Positions 12,743 through 25,430 of a DNA stretch of 64,000 bases are shown one piece after another. This stretch comes from Octopus vulgaris (Eukaryota): NCBI GenBank assembly GCA_951406725.2, contig OX597827.1:24056001-24120000 (forward strand). Reading direction: 5' to 3'. The notes under the pieces were generated by a model. That model was given only the letters and a program-made list of their open reading frames with translations, ran no database searches and was not told where the DNA came from. The position numbers were made by a program, and so were the translations under genes. Each line of letters begins with the position of its first letter. Positions within the stretch are counted from its first letter, which is position 1.

Positions 12743-13382
12743 TGTATATTGGTGTGTGTGCGCGAGTGCACGTGTGGATAATTGAATGTACATCTAAGCA
12801 CACATACACACTCATATAAGTATGGATACATACACACAGATACATGGGCAAATACATGTACATATAAACATACATACCCACTCCATCTACCACCCCTTCC
12901 TACTTCCCCCTAACCACAAGACCAATTTCTTGTTCTCCATGCGGTATTTTCCAATTAATTGTTGTCGCTGAAATACCGACATCATACCATGTGACCTTTC
13001 TTGACCAATCGCAGGCTAACATCCAGTGATCAACATTGACTCCCTTCAATCAAACTTTCAGTCAGACCCCAATGGCCAAAGACTAGCCACATGCTTCAGA
13101 CTTGGAGTACCAAGGAGTCTGAATCAAACTGTTTTGATCTCATCATCATCATCATCATCATCGTCGTTTGACATCCGCTTTCCATGCTAGCATGGGTTGG
13201 ACAATTTAACTGAGGACTGGTGAACTAGATGGCTGCACCGGGCTCCAATCTTGATTTGGCAGAGTTTCTACAGCTGGATGCCCTTCCTAATGCCAAGCAC
13301 TCTGAGAGTGTAGTGGGTGCTTTTACGTTCCACTGGCACGAGGGCCAGTTAGGCGGTACTGGCAACGGTCACAGAAAATCGT

Positions 13383-13433
<51 letters not shown>

Positions 13434-13445
13434 TACAAACACACA

Positions 13446-15507
13446 TAGATTTGGGCAGCATTAATCAAAAAGTTAACCTTGGTAATTGTTAATCCATTAA
13501 CCAAAAAGTTAACTTCGTTAATCATTAATCCGTTAATTCTTTGAAAATGTAACAGAAGTTGACGTTAATTTGTTAACGTTAACTTTTATTGAAAAAAAGC
13601 ATAACTACAGTTTAATACCCCATCAACTTTGTTGCTACATAACTTCCAGAAAAAATGGATACTTTTTAATGAAAGTTTTCTCAAATAATCACTTATATCC
13701 AGTAGATTGAAAGTTTGTAAAGATTTGTTTGAAAAAACAAATCTTTTCCAAGGAGTTGGGGAGAGGAGTTTTGGAAAATTCACAGGACCCAGTATTTCCC
13801 TTCTCCTAACTTTCTGGAAAATATGTATTTTTTTATGAAATTTTATACAAATACCTTTCAAACAGTGTAGATTACAGTTACAAAGAAAATTGTAGGCAAA
13901 ATGTTTGGAAGGGTGCGGAGTTCTGGAAAACAGAGTTTTGGATCAGATGGCCACATAAGTTGGAATTTCTCCATTTTGACAGGGATTTTTCCCAATGTTT
14001 TCGCCAAAGTCTTCAGAATGATGGAGGCATCTTTTCAGGAAAAAGGAAAAGTTTTGAAAATTTCTTTTTTCCACCCCACCCCCCTCACCACCCTAGCCTG
14101 AAACGATTTTGGCCATGTCTTTCTTTTTTTCTTCTCACTACACACTTAAAACCTGTGAGAGAAACATTTTCAGTTTAAAAAAAAAAATTGTTAATAATTT
14201 CAGAGGAAAATGTGTGAATAAAGGGACAGCTGGCTGCTGTTTCTAGAACATCCCAAAACCTCCCTCCTCCTTTCTTTCTTAATCACACATCTATTGATAT
14301 TTTTCAATATTTTTCTCCCCATGAACAAATTTTATGGAATGTTGACGTCTAAGTAACACGTGTGTAGTCCCAACCGAGCAAGGCCGTGTTGTGTGTGTGT
14401 GCGTAAGAAAAAACATCTTTAGTGTTCATATCAATCTGTCAAACATAATGCTTATTTGTTCACTGGTTTATAGTTACATAATTTTAGCTGATCTTGCTGA
14501 GTAAATTTGACTTTTATGGGAAGTAAATTTAATTAACAGGTGTAAAAGAAATAACATTATGGATAAACACTAAAATTGGATTTCTTAATGCATCTTACCG
14601 GTTTGATTTGTTACTAAAATTATCCCAGATGGCAACCGACAAAAGTTTTGCCACTTTTCAAGATGAGGTAAATTAATTTGAATTAATTAAAATACAGAAA
14701 TAATTGGTACAAGATTTTATTCTTTCAGTAAATATTTTGTACCTTAGGGTGGAATAATTTCTTTTGACGGATGTTTTAAGGTGCATTCAACATATCTGAC
14801 CTCCAAACCCACCACAAGCCACCTTTTTCCAGAAAAAAAAGGAGGGGGGGACCTCGAAGTTTCCCACCAAGAGTTTTGTTTCACTGATCTTTTTTTCTTT
14901 TCCAGGTTATTTTGCATGCTGTCAACAAATGTGAAATCATGCGTAAACAGCTCCTTTTTTCAGAAAAGGACAGATTCGGCTGCTATTTCTAGCATGCCCT
15001 GCTACCAAGTAACAGCTATTTGTGTTCACACCGAAATATTTACCAACTTTTTTCCTTCCATTTATTTTTTCCCCTTTATAGAAGTCAATATTTTCTCTGT
15101 TGACATTCACCTCAGCAAGGTCACAAATCAAGTGGAAACATCAATCACTGTTCCCTCTTGACAGGACAAAGAAATTTCCTGCTGTCTTTGCTAGCAACAA
15201 GTGGATGGATTTGGTTTCAAATCCAAGCAGGGCCAAACAAGGTCCTACAAGTTATTTATAATAATAAGTGGCATTATATTGGGATTGAAAGAATGAGGCG
15301 TACAATATTAAATATGCTAAGGCAATTTATAAATAATAGAAACTTTTAAACGTTTACCAGTTTTTATGAAATTTTGAGGGTAACGGACTTCAGCTAATGG
15401 AAGCTAATAAGTCCGCTAATGATTTTCAAAGTTAACTTAAAAGTTAAATTGTTAACAAAAATGTTAAGTTCGTTAATAAACAATTAACGGACTTATGCCC
15501 AGCTCTG
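13446..15507. mobile_element. ~2-kb non-autonomous DNA transposon (hAT-like ends, GTTAA subterminal arrays)
   Basis: Imperfect TIRs TAGATTTGGGCA / CAGAGCTGGGCA; dense GTTAA/TTAAC repeats at 13460..13585 and 15380..15492; no TSD resolved; no transposase motif seen. Confidence 0.45.
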
Positions 15508-16012
15508 TCTGTATGCATGTATATATATATATATATTCATGTAAGATGGGCTTCTTTCACTTTCCAAATCAGCCAAATCCACTTGGAAAAGTTTGGTCAG
15601 GAAAGGGCTATAGTAGACCTCCAACAAGGTGCTACACAATGGGACCGGACCTGAAATTACCTGGTGAGTAACAAATTCCCCACCAGACACCCATACCTGC
15701 ACACATAATGGTTTTTGCTGGTCAAAGTTAATTTACTATGATACCATGAGGACTTCACATGTGTCCCGATTATGAAAATATTAAATTCACTAAAAATATT
15801 ATATACATATTGTTTGACTGTAGTATAAAATGCTGAGAAATAAAAACAAAAATGAATACTTTGATCTATTAAATCTGTTTTTTTAAATTTCAACATCGTT
15901 TTACTCTCTTTTACTTAATTCTTTGTAGAATATACACCTATACTTCAATGAAATAAAGTATTGCTTATTCCAGGTATAAAAAAAAAAAAGGTCATGCACT
16001 AGTCTGTATATA

Positions 16013-16577
16013 CACTTGCGTCGGAAATTAATTAGCACTTCTCAAATTTCTACATTGTCTTACATTTTCTTAATTTAATTAACTTATTATCAGAAATGAA
16101 CTCGTTTTTAATCAAAAATTTATTAAAACATATCCCAGCACACCACATAATTGTTATTAATCGTGAAATTTAGTCAATATCTTGTTGCTCCTCCTTTGGC
16201 AGCAATGACAGCTGCTACGCGGGTCGGCATGCTGTCTATGAGTGCCTGCAGGTACTGTGCAGGGATGGCCCCTCATGCAGCAAGAAGTACCCCAAACAGC
16301 TCGTGTCGGTTCCTGTATTGCTGCACATTCAAATACCTACCCAATCGACTCCAGAGGTTCTCAATAGGGTTCAGGTCAGGTGACTGGCCAGCACGTACTC
16401 CTCGCCACCAAAGAGGTATCCCTGTACTATCTCAACGTACTTTGCTGCGTTGATGTTGCCTTCGACGGCATAGAGCCGCCCAACACCACTGTAGCTGAAT
16501 GCCCCTCACACCATCAGACCACCCCCACCATGCTTCATGGTGAGCAAATCAAGGGTGCTAATTAATTTCTGACGGTA

Positions 16578-16580
<3 letters not shown>
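16013..16580 (-). mobile_element. Internally deleted Tc1-like element
   Basis: 26-bp TIRs CACT(TG/AC)CGTC(G/A)GAAATTAATTAGCAC. Minus-strand remnants KHGGGGLMV, SPDLNPIENLW and SMPTRVAAVIAAKGGATRY*. Confidence 0.88.
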
Positions 16581-16624
<44 letters not shown>

Positions 16625-17569
16625 GCAACCTACCAACCGATTATATGCAGTAAAGCATGTCGTTTCCAAATTTCTGGCCCTACTATACTGTACAGTCAAC
16701 AAAATCAAAAACAAACAGTGCGCAAGCATGAAATTATAAATATAAAATGGCGACAATTTACCCATTACACCCTGTACATGTGTGTATGTGTATATATATA
16801 TATATGAATCAGTGTAAAGTTGCTTATTCACTGCACAGCTTGTTGGAGCTTCCCAAGAGGAGAATGCAGACAGTTTTTCTCTAGCAACTATGAAGTGGCT
16901 CACTGACCGTACACAAATGGAGTATTATATTACTACATGTATTTCTAAATGTAAACATATATGTGGTATTTCACATCCACACACTGGAGGTCATTAGGAA
17001 GTTCTCATGCAATTTTACATTTTAATAACTTTCTTTCTTTATATGACTGAATGAATTTATAAAAATAATTCAGAACAGTGAATCATCTATTTTGTCCTTG
17101 TCTGTCAAAATATTACCGTTTCAGAAATGCACTGAAATTAGAAAAGAAATTAGACTGGACAACTAGGGACCTATAACCAACAATGCCATTTTTCATAAAT
17201 GCACAATCCTCATCAAAATCACTTCATATCCATCTGCCATGACAAGCCAGGGGATTGCACCAACCAAGTTCCAATGTCTGCTTTAGCATGGTTTTTACAG
17301 CTTGATGCCCTTCCTAATGCTAACTTTACAAAGTGGGCAGGGTGCTTTTTATGCGGTACCAGCACCAGTGAGGTCGGTTTTGGCCCTCCAGTGTAAGCAG
17401 TACATGTCCTTACTATTATGCTACAGCCCACACGCAATGTGAACCACACACCCTGCAAGAAATTGCAGTTAAATCTTCCTCAAATACTATCCCATCATTG
17501 AGTCTCAGGGCTGATCTGGGACTACACAATAACATGGATCAACAAAGGCCAAGGAAATAATCTCTAAGT

Positions 17570-17816
17570 CAGTGTTTCTCAACCTTTCTTTTACTTATGA
17601 ATCCGCTGAGTCATTCGATGTTTTAAAAAAATCCTATTGTATTTTTATAATTAAATATTATAAAGAATCGTATTAAAAAAGTTGTTAAAATATTTTATTT
17701 ATTGTAGAAGTATAACCAAGTTATTGCAGATAATTTTTAACAACTAAACCTCATATGAACCCCCATGGGTCAAGTAGGCCCCTGAAAGCCATATGGACCA
17801 TGGTTGAGAACTAGTG
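17570..17816. mobile_element. Charlie/MER5-like hAT MITE (related copies ~26425..26680, ~27680..27815)
   Basis: TIRs CAGTGTTTCTCAACC / GGTTGAGAACTAGTG; decayed TSD CTCTA... Confidence 0.65.
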
Positions 17817-19311
17817 CTCTATATGGTTGCTCAGTCTGCCAGAAATAGTAGTGAAATCTCCCTCAAACCACACCCAATCATCTTAACAAAGGACACGATA
17901 ATGTAGTCCGAGATACATCTCTATGAAAAAAGACAGGCTGGTGATCATTTGAATGTCCTTGAGCGATTAAAAATAACGGACAGGCTCCTGGATTATAGGG
18001 AGCTACAGGACCAACGCTAAAAACAGATAAACATGTGACTACAAGACCATTATTGAAGCTGCTTTGTAATATTGTTGTAGCAGTGACTAAGATACCTAAA
18101 TGGAGGAGAGGGGAGAGTCTCAGAGAGTATGGCAGTTGGAAAGGCAAAAAAAACCCTGAGAGGCACAATGTTAAAAGAGTTCAGTTTGGTTATCCTGAAT
18201 GGGAGACAGAGTGTCATTGAAAATTAGACTAAGGGGTGGCGCAGCAGTGGCTGGGTGGTATGAAGCTTGCTTCTTTAAGGCGGCAAGCTAGCAGAAACGT
18301 TAGCATGCCAGGTGAAATGCTTAGCGGTATTTCATCTGTCTTTACATTCTGAGTTCAAATTCCGCCAAGGTCGACTTTGCCTTTCATCCTTTCAGGATCA
18401 ATTAAAGAAGTACCACTTATGCACTGGGGTCGATATAATCGACTTAATTCATTTGTTTGTCCCCCTCTGTGTGTAGCCTCTTGTGGGCAGTAAAGAAATA
18501 AGAAGCTTGCTTCCCAACCACATGGTTCCAGGTTCAGTCGCACTGCATAGCAACTGGGCAAGTGTCTTCTACTAGGGCCTCGGGTTGACCAAAACCTTTT
18601 TAGTGGATTTGGTAGATGGAAACTGAAAGAAGCCCATCATATGTGTGTGTGTGCATGCATAGGTGTTTATATGTCTGTGTTTGTCTCACCACAATCACTT
18701 GACAACTGATGTTGGTGTGTCTACGTCCCCATAACTTAGCAGTTCAGCAAAAGAGACCAATAGAATAAGTACTGGGCTTACAAAGAATAAGTCCTGGGGT
18801 CGATTTGTTTGAGTAAAGGCGGTGCTCTAGCATGGCCAGTCAACTGACTGAAACGAGTAAAAATAGCAAGGCATGAAGAAGTAGGTTTCTTGAAATCACA
18901 ACACTACAGCAACCGGATACCTTTGTACAAAAGCATAACAATAGCCAGCTTTTGGTAACAGCTTTTGTAGATTTTATCAGGTCCTTGAGTAGTGCAGATA
19001 AGCTAAACTGCTTGGAAGGTAGTAAATTGTTATGGTTTGCTGGGGAAGTATGTCAATCTAATAGGTGCAAATACAACAAAGAAGTACATGTCGAGTCAGC
19101 ATAGTCAACAAATAAATTTAAAGTTGGCAATGGAGAGCTGCAAGGAGGTGTTCTATCAGCTCTGTCTTGTTGTTCAAATTATATCATGAAGGAAACGGAG
19201 ATGGAGGGGAAGGAACTGAACTAGTTTATAGAAAGCATTTGGTTAGGGTTAGGATTTGGATTATGAAGGCATTGTTTTGTTCAGAAATAAAACATCAAAA
19301 AGACAAAGAAT

Positions 19312-20340
19312 AACAAGAGCGTTCAGAGAGCGCAAACCTCTGCCAAGGCAACACCAACGTCCTCTCAACAATTAGTCAGAGATGACTTTTAAAATGAGAA
19401 TATCTGAAATAAACTCAACTGCTCTCTGAAACAAGAATAGTAAAAATGAACGTGACTGCTCTCAAAATTAAGTAAAAAAAAAGCAGAAAACTAATCCAGA
19501 ATCCTTGTCCAGTACCTGATCAATCCCAATGGTAGTCATGGAATATGAAGGTGGGTTTGCGGGCCATGTTTGTAATGCTGTGTGTGTCATCTGCAGTGGA
19601 AACAGGGACAGTTTTCTCTACAAAGGTCTTTTTTAGTCTATTCACTGATATAGTGTCTTTACGACCATTAAGGTCTATAGTAAAAAAATTATCCATGTGG
19701 GAAAGAAAATGGAAAGGACCTGCATACGGTGCTGTTAACGGAGGTTTAACAACATCATTGCACACAAAAACTTGAGTCCAAGAAGTAAAGCTTCCTTCAA
19801 GGCAGAGCTAGAAATGCAATTGTCAAGTAGGTAAGAGGTTTTAAACAGGAGCGCTAAATTTGAAATTGGTAAAACTAAAAATTGTTGAGGATAAATTAAA
19901 TTTATTATTGTTACTGAATATGCTAGTGTTATTTAATTTCTGAATGGTTTGGCTGCAGTTTGTTTATGTAGTTTGATGTCTTTATCCATTAGTTTCTACT
20001 AAGATAGAGACGCGAGTAAAATTAAGAACAGAGAAACAAAAATAAAACTTTAGAAACAAAGAGGCCATCATAATTTACATGGAACCATGAGTGTGCTTTC
20101 AAGAGAGATAATCAGAGATCGTAGTAATTCATGTAAAGTAAAGTAAATATAACAAATAATCCAGAACCCTTGTCCGGTACAGGATCAATCCCAAAATCTA
20201 ATCAGTTCGTGCTAGGCACGAGGCCAAACATCCCTGAAAGTTTCATCCAAATCCATCCAGCGGTTCTTGAGATATCTTGTCCACGGACAAACATACTCAA
20301 CTGAAACAATACCTCCACCTTCGCTAAGTTGGAGGTAATA
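19312..20340 (+). mobile_element. Helentron/HINE-like non-autonomous element with captured sequence
   Basis: 5' AACAAGAG...ACCTCTGCCAAGG subterminal motif, CAAATCCATCCAGCGGTTCTTGAGAT core, 3' hairpin CCTCCACCTT-CGCT-AAGTTGGAGG, and internal ~37-bp direct repeats at 19492..19528 and 20157..20193. Confidence 0.6.
19520..19765 (-). pseudogene. Ty3/Gypsy integrase C-terminal (GPY/F) fragment
   Basis: VKPPLTAPYAGPFHFLSHMDNFFTIDLNGRKDTISVNRLKK matches the L.PPY.GP(Y/F)...F.I..NG+.D.VS+DRLK signature. Confidence 0.8.
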
Positions 20341-20479
20341 AAAAATCATCAAGTAAACAAAAGAAACGTGTCATTGAAATAACCCAAATCGCAAATCCCT
20401 TCAAGTTGACGGCCCTGCTCAATCTGGAGAACAGGTATAGGTATAAACTCCATAAGATGCACCCAGTGTAAGCTTTAGA

Positions 20480-21107
20480 CACATAAAAGGTACAGCAATA
20501 TCAGAGGAAGGTTAACAGGGAAACTAGTTTTTGTATGTGGAAGATGCACAGGTACAATAAATGCTGAAAACATTCAGAAAATAGACTCCATCAACTGTCA
20601 GGAGTCAAGCTAGATGTAGTAGATAACTTCTGTTATCTAGATGACCAAGTTAGTAGTGGAGGTGGACGCTCCGAGAGCATAGCTGTGAGAATAAGATTAG
20701 TATGGACAAAGTTCAGAAAGTTCTTACTCCAGCTGGCAACAAAGGGCCTCTCTCTCAGAGTGAAAGGCAGATTGTTTGATGCCTGTGTGCAAACAGCTAT
20801 GCTGCATGGCAGTAAAATGTGGGCTGTGACAGCCAAGGATATTGTGTAGGCTTGAAAGAAATGAAGCCAGTATGCTTCACTGGATGTGCAATATCAGTGT
20901 GCATGTTCGACAGAGTGTAAAAGTTCTGAAAGAAAAGTTGGACATAAGAGGCATCAAATGTGATGTGCACTGGTATGGTCATGTGATGCGTATGGATGAT
21001 AACAGCTGTGTGGAGAAGTGTCACACTCCAATGATGGAAGAAACCTGTGGTAGAAGTAGACCCAGGAAGACAGGGAATGAGGTGGTGAAGCATGATCTTC
21101 GAACTTA
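20480..21107 (+). mobile_element. RTE-clade LINE 3' fragment
   Basis: VDNFCYL...RIRLVWTKFRKFL..LATKGLSLRVKGRLFDACVQTAMLHGS; RLERNEASMLHWMCNIS...WYGHVMRM...GRSRPRKT. Confidence 0.85.
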
Positions 21108-21681
21108 GGCAATGTGTTGTGCTGGAGAGGACCCATCAAGTCAAGTGCACCCATGCTGGTGGCATGTAAAGAACACCTTTCGAGTGTTTGGCCTCATGGA
21201 GGCAAAGTGGTTGAGTTGCTTCTGAGTGTTGGGCCTCTCAGAGGCAATGACCAAGAACTTTGGCATTATGCTGTGCTTGAGAAGACCCATCAGGCCAAGG
21301 AAAATCGCAGTTGTCCAGATACTGGTGTCATGCAAACTGGCACACGTACTAGTGGCATGTAAAAGCACTCCAGTGTCACGCAAATGGAAAACATGCCAGA
21401 GGCACATAAAAGCACCCATTACACTCTTGGAGTGGTTGGCATTCAGAAGGGCATCCAGCCATAGAAAACCATGCCAAATCAGACTGGAGTCTGGTACAGT
21501 TCACCAATCCGGTCAAACCATCCAACCCATGCCAGCATGGACAAGGGACATTAAATGATGATGATGAAAGAGTGAAGTATAAATATCTTATTATACAACA
21601 CTAATAAGAAACACCTCAATACAAGTGAAATTCCATTACTACAAATACCCATATAATAAATATTTCAGTATTTCTTTTATT

Positions 21682-21885
21682 CTTTTACTTGTTTCAGTCA
21701 TTTGACTGCAGCCATGATGAAGCACCACCTTTACTGGAACAAATCGACCCCAAGACTTCTTTGTAAGCCTAGTACTTAGTCTACTGGCCTCTTTTGCTGA
21801 ACCACTAAGTTACAGGGACGTAAACACACCAGCATCGGTTGTCAAGCAATGGGGGTGGGACAAAGACACACAAATATATACATAC

Positions 21886-21942
<57 letters not shown>

Positions 21943-22102
21943 GACGGGCTTCTTTCAGTTTCCATCTACCAAATCTACTCACAAGGCTTTGGTCAACCCA
22001 AGGCTATAGTAGAAGACACTTGCCCAAGGTGCCATGCAGTGGGACTGAACCCGGAAACCATGTGGCTGGGAAGCAAGCTTCTTACTACACAGCCATGCCT
22101 AT
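21682..22102 (-). mobile_element. SINE family A copy
   Basis: Reverse complement of the 46802 copy, with internal (TA)n(CA)n. Confidence 0.8.
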
Positions 22103-22788
22103 GCCAGAGTAGTAAAAATCCTATTGAAACAACACAGAATGAGTCTTGTACTAACCAAATATTCCATGATAGATTTTTATTCCTTGTTGACATGACATTG
22201 AAATATTCATATTTTTAACACAGGTAAAGAGAAAGTCTCTTCACAATTAGTTTCTGACGATCTCGTTAGGACAAATTTTTCATCATAACAAATCTTTTTT
22301 ATCTTCCACCAATTTTGTTGTAATGAAACTTCACCTGTACAGTGAGGAGAACCAAGGTGCAGCAATCAAAGTATAGCTAATAGTTTTGAAATCTTTGAAA
22401 GTAAGACCTCACCAAGGATGCTGATAACCAAATGACATGATTTTACGATAAACTGCTGTTCAAGTCCTAAATATTAATGATGTTGGTGTGTTTATGTCTC
22501 CGAAACTTAGTGGTTCAACAAAAGAGACTGATAGAATAAGCACTAGGCTTACAAAGAAGAAGTTTTAGGGTTAGTTAGTTCGACTAAAGGTGCTCCAGCA
22601 TGGCCACAGTCAAATGACTGAAACGTGTAAAAGAGTAAAAATAGGTCATGTGCTTTGGTCTCAGCCTGAAGACCAGCTAAAACATGAGACAGTAAAATAG
22701 ACAGTGGAAGGTAAGAGAAGAGAAAGACCTGTGTCTCCCTGGCTGACAACAATGCAGAGGAGGAAAAAGAAGTCAAGATGATGTAGAG

Positions 22789-25430
22789 CAGACATGCCAA
22801 ACTCCTGGCCTGTGTAGCAATTTCATCCGACCTGCAGGACCATTTTGATATCAGCATGAAATTGGTCCAAATAGAGCACTTTGCTGCCCTCAGCAACACC
22901 CATGCCTTCTTGTTACAATTACACCTATAAAGGGTGTGGCTAAAGCAGGCCTTTACATTATATATAGCACTGACTGCACTACCTTTCTTACTAAGGGTGT
23001 AAGTAGCAATAATTTAATACACGACTAGAAAAAATACAACTGTAACTACTACACCCTGTCTGTACAAAAAAAAACACACCTTAAAGAGGCAGGATAATAC
23101 AGTCACAAGTCTTTATTGTAACTGCAACAAAGTAGGCTGAGAAACACCTCCTTCGATTCTCTAATTGCACGTTGTGAAGCACTGATGATGCAAAATCTAC
23201 TAATCCCATAATGCACCACAACAGCTGCCTTACTGCTCTTTCGGGTGACCATTTTCAAGTGACATCATTCAGTAGTAGTAGCTATCTATATGAATGGTCA
23301 AGAGAAAAGTCAATACTGAAAACAGAACCTTTCAAATCCGGTGGGAAACTGAGAACATGTTTACTGACATCGATGGTAAACCCATGTGTATTAATTGTGG
23401 TGCTAATGTTGCTGTACTTGAAGAGTATAATCTCAAATGCCACCACAAGACAAAACATGAGGACAAGTATAAATACCTCACTGCTGATCAGAAGCAATGA
23501 AAGGTAGAAGAATTGAAGAAGAATCTCACATTACAACAGACTTTTTTAACCAAAGCAAAATCACAAAGTGAAGCTGCTGTTAAAGCAAGTTTTATGTCGG
23601 TTAAATTTTATTGTTGGCAGAGGAGATCGCAAAATCAGCCCGGTCATTTACTGAAGGAGAGTTTGTGAAGAGCTGTGTGGTGAAAATGGGTGACATTTTG
23701 TGTCCGGACAAGAAGCAACTGTTTGCTAATGTGAGTATTAGCAGAAATATGGTTGCTGATCAGGTGTGTGAGATGGCCACTGATTTGAAAACACAGTTGA
23801 TTGAAAAAGGAAAAGATTTTGTTGCATACTCTCTTACTGTGGAGAAAACTACTGACACGATTGATACGGCACAGCTGGCTATCATCATCCATGGAGTGGA
23901 CTCCTATTTGTTTGTCATGGAGGAAATTTTAGACATTAAATCGATGCAGTGGACAACAGGAAAGGACCTTTTTGAAAACAATATGTCAGAGTGTAACTGA
24001 CACGATACTGCCTTGGGACAAACTTGTTGGACTTACAACAAATGGAGCACTAGCGATATGCGGTGAAAAAAGTGGACTAGTGGGTAGGATGCGTTTAAAG
24101 ATGCAAGAAGAGAACTGCGCTGGTGAGTTGACAACATATCACTGCATCATACAGCAGGAAATGCTGTGTGCTAAAGCCTTAAAAACGAAACAAGTAATGA
24201 GGACTGTAACACAAACCGTAGACTCTATCTGAGCCAAAGGGTTAAATCACCACCAATTTCAGTCTTTCCAGCAGAAAATACATTCAGAGTTCGGTGATGT
24301 TCCTTACCATACGGAGGTGCAGTGGCTCAGTCAGGGAAAGTTCCTCAATATAGTTTTTGAGCTGGTTGAGGAGATATGTAAGTTCTTGGACATGAAAGGA
24401 AAAGAATCCAAAGTTCTGCAGGATGAAAAGTTGGCATTTCTGGTTGACATAACTGCACATCTCAACGTTTTAAACATCCAGCTCCAGGGATGGGATCACA
24501 TGATCTGTGATATGAATGACGCAGTGAATGCATTTCAAGTGAAGCTGTGCCTATGGGTGACACAAATGCACCAATTGAATTTCTCTCACTGTTGCCAAGT
24601 AATGATGAGCCAAGTCAGCACCATGGCATTCCCAAAGCAACACTTTGCTGATAAATTGAGTGTGCTCCGCACTGAATTCACATGGTGCTTTAGTGACTTT
24701 GAAGCGCATAATATTAATTTCGAGCTGCTTCACAAACCATTTACCATCATTGTGGAAACTGCACCTGTACAGATTCAGATGGAGCTGAGAGAACTGTAGT
24801 GTAATGGGACATTAAAAGCAAAGTACAACTCTGTGGGTCACGCACAGTTCACTCGTTTCATACCTGAAGCAAAGCCCTAGCTCCGTTTACATGCAGCTCG
24901 GACACTGTCTTTGTTTGGAAGCTCATGTCTGTGCAAGCAGCTGTTCTCTGAGATGAAGATGAATAAAACATCACATAGGAGTCGTCTCACAGATGAACAC
25001 CTGCAATCCATCCTGAGAGTCTCAACAACACAGAACCTTGCCTCAAACATCAATGAACTCGTTGCCAAGAAAAGATGCCAAGTATGTATCTTGGACAAAA
25101 TTGCATAAAGAAAATTTGAAAGTTTTGATTTATCATTTTAATTTTCACTAAAACACAAATTTTTGAATTATATTTTCTTTTTTTTTTTTTGCAACATGTT
25201 CTTATTTTAAATTTTTATAATTTTGACAGGAGATATTTCTATGCAGAGCGAAATATTTTAAGTAGTTTAAGTTAAAGTTAATTTATTTTTGGAATGAAAT
25301 TATATACCATCTGTTTTAAGACATGTTCAAAAAGTTTTAGTATGTTCAATAAATGTTTATCCTGTTTGGCCCACGACCTAAAGCGTGCTTTGAGTTTTGG
25401 CCCCCTGTGTGATTGAGTTTGACACCCTTG
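22789..25430 (+). mobile_element. Full-length decayed hAT transposon, Buster/Charlie (SPIN/GTF2IRD2-like) family
   Basis: Perfect 8-bp TSD ATGTAGAG at 22781..22788 and 25431..25438 (NNNTANNN, Buster-type). Imperfect TIRs CAGACATGCCAAACTC / CAAGGGTGTCAAACTC. Confidence 0.9.
23291..25108 (+). pseudogene. Disrupted hAT transposase (BED zinc finger, catalytic core, hATC dimerisation region)
   Basis: Successive ORF pieces MVKRKV...CINC...HHKTKH; KSARSFTEGEFVKSC; LTTNGA; HCIIQQE; VQWLS (RW motif degenerate); FGSSCLCKQLFSEMKMNKTSHRSRLTDEHL, broken by stops and frameshifts. Confidence 0.88.

Noticed and set aside
23291-25108. Functional GTF2IRD2/EPM2AIP1-like host gene
   Set aside because: Multiple stops and frameshifts, and enclosed by TIRs and a TSD: a transposon fossil.
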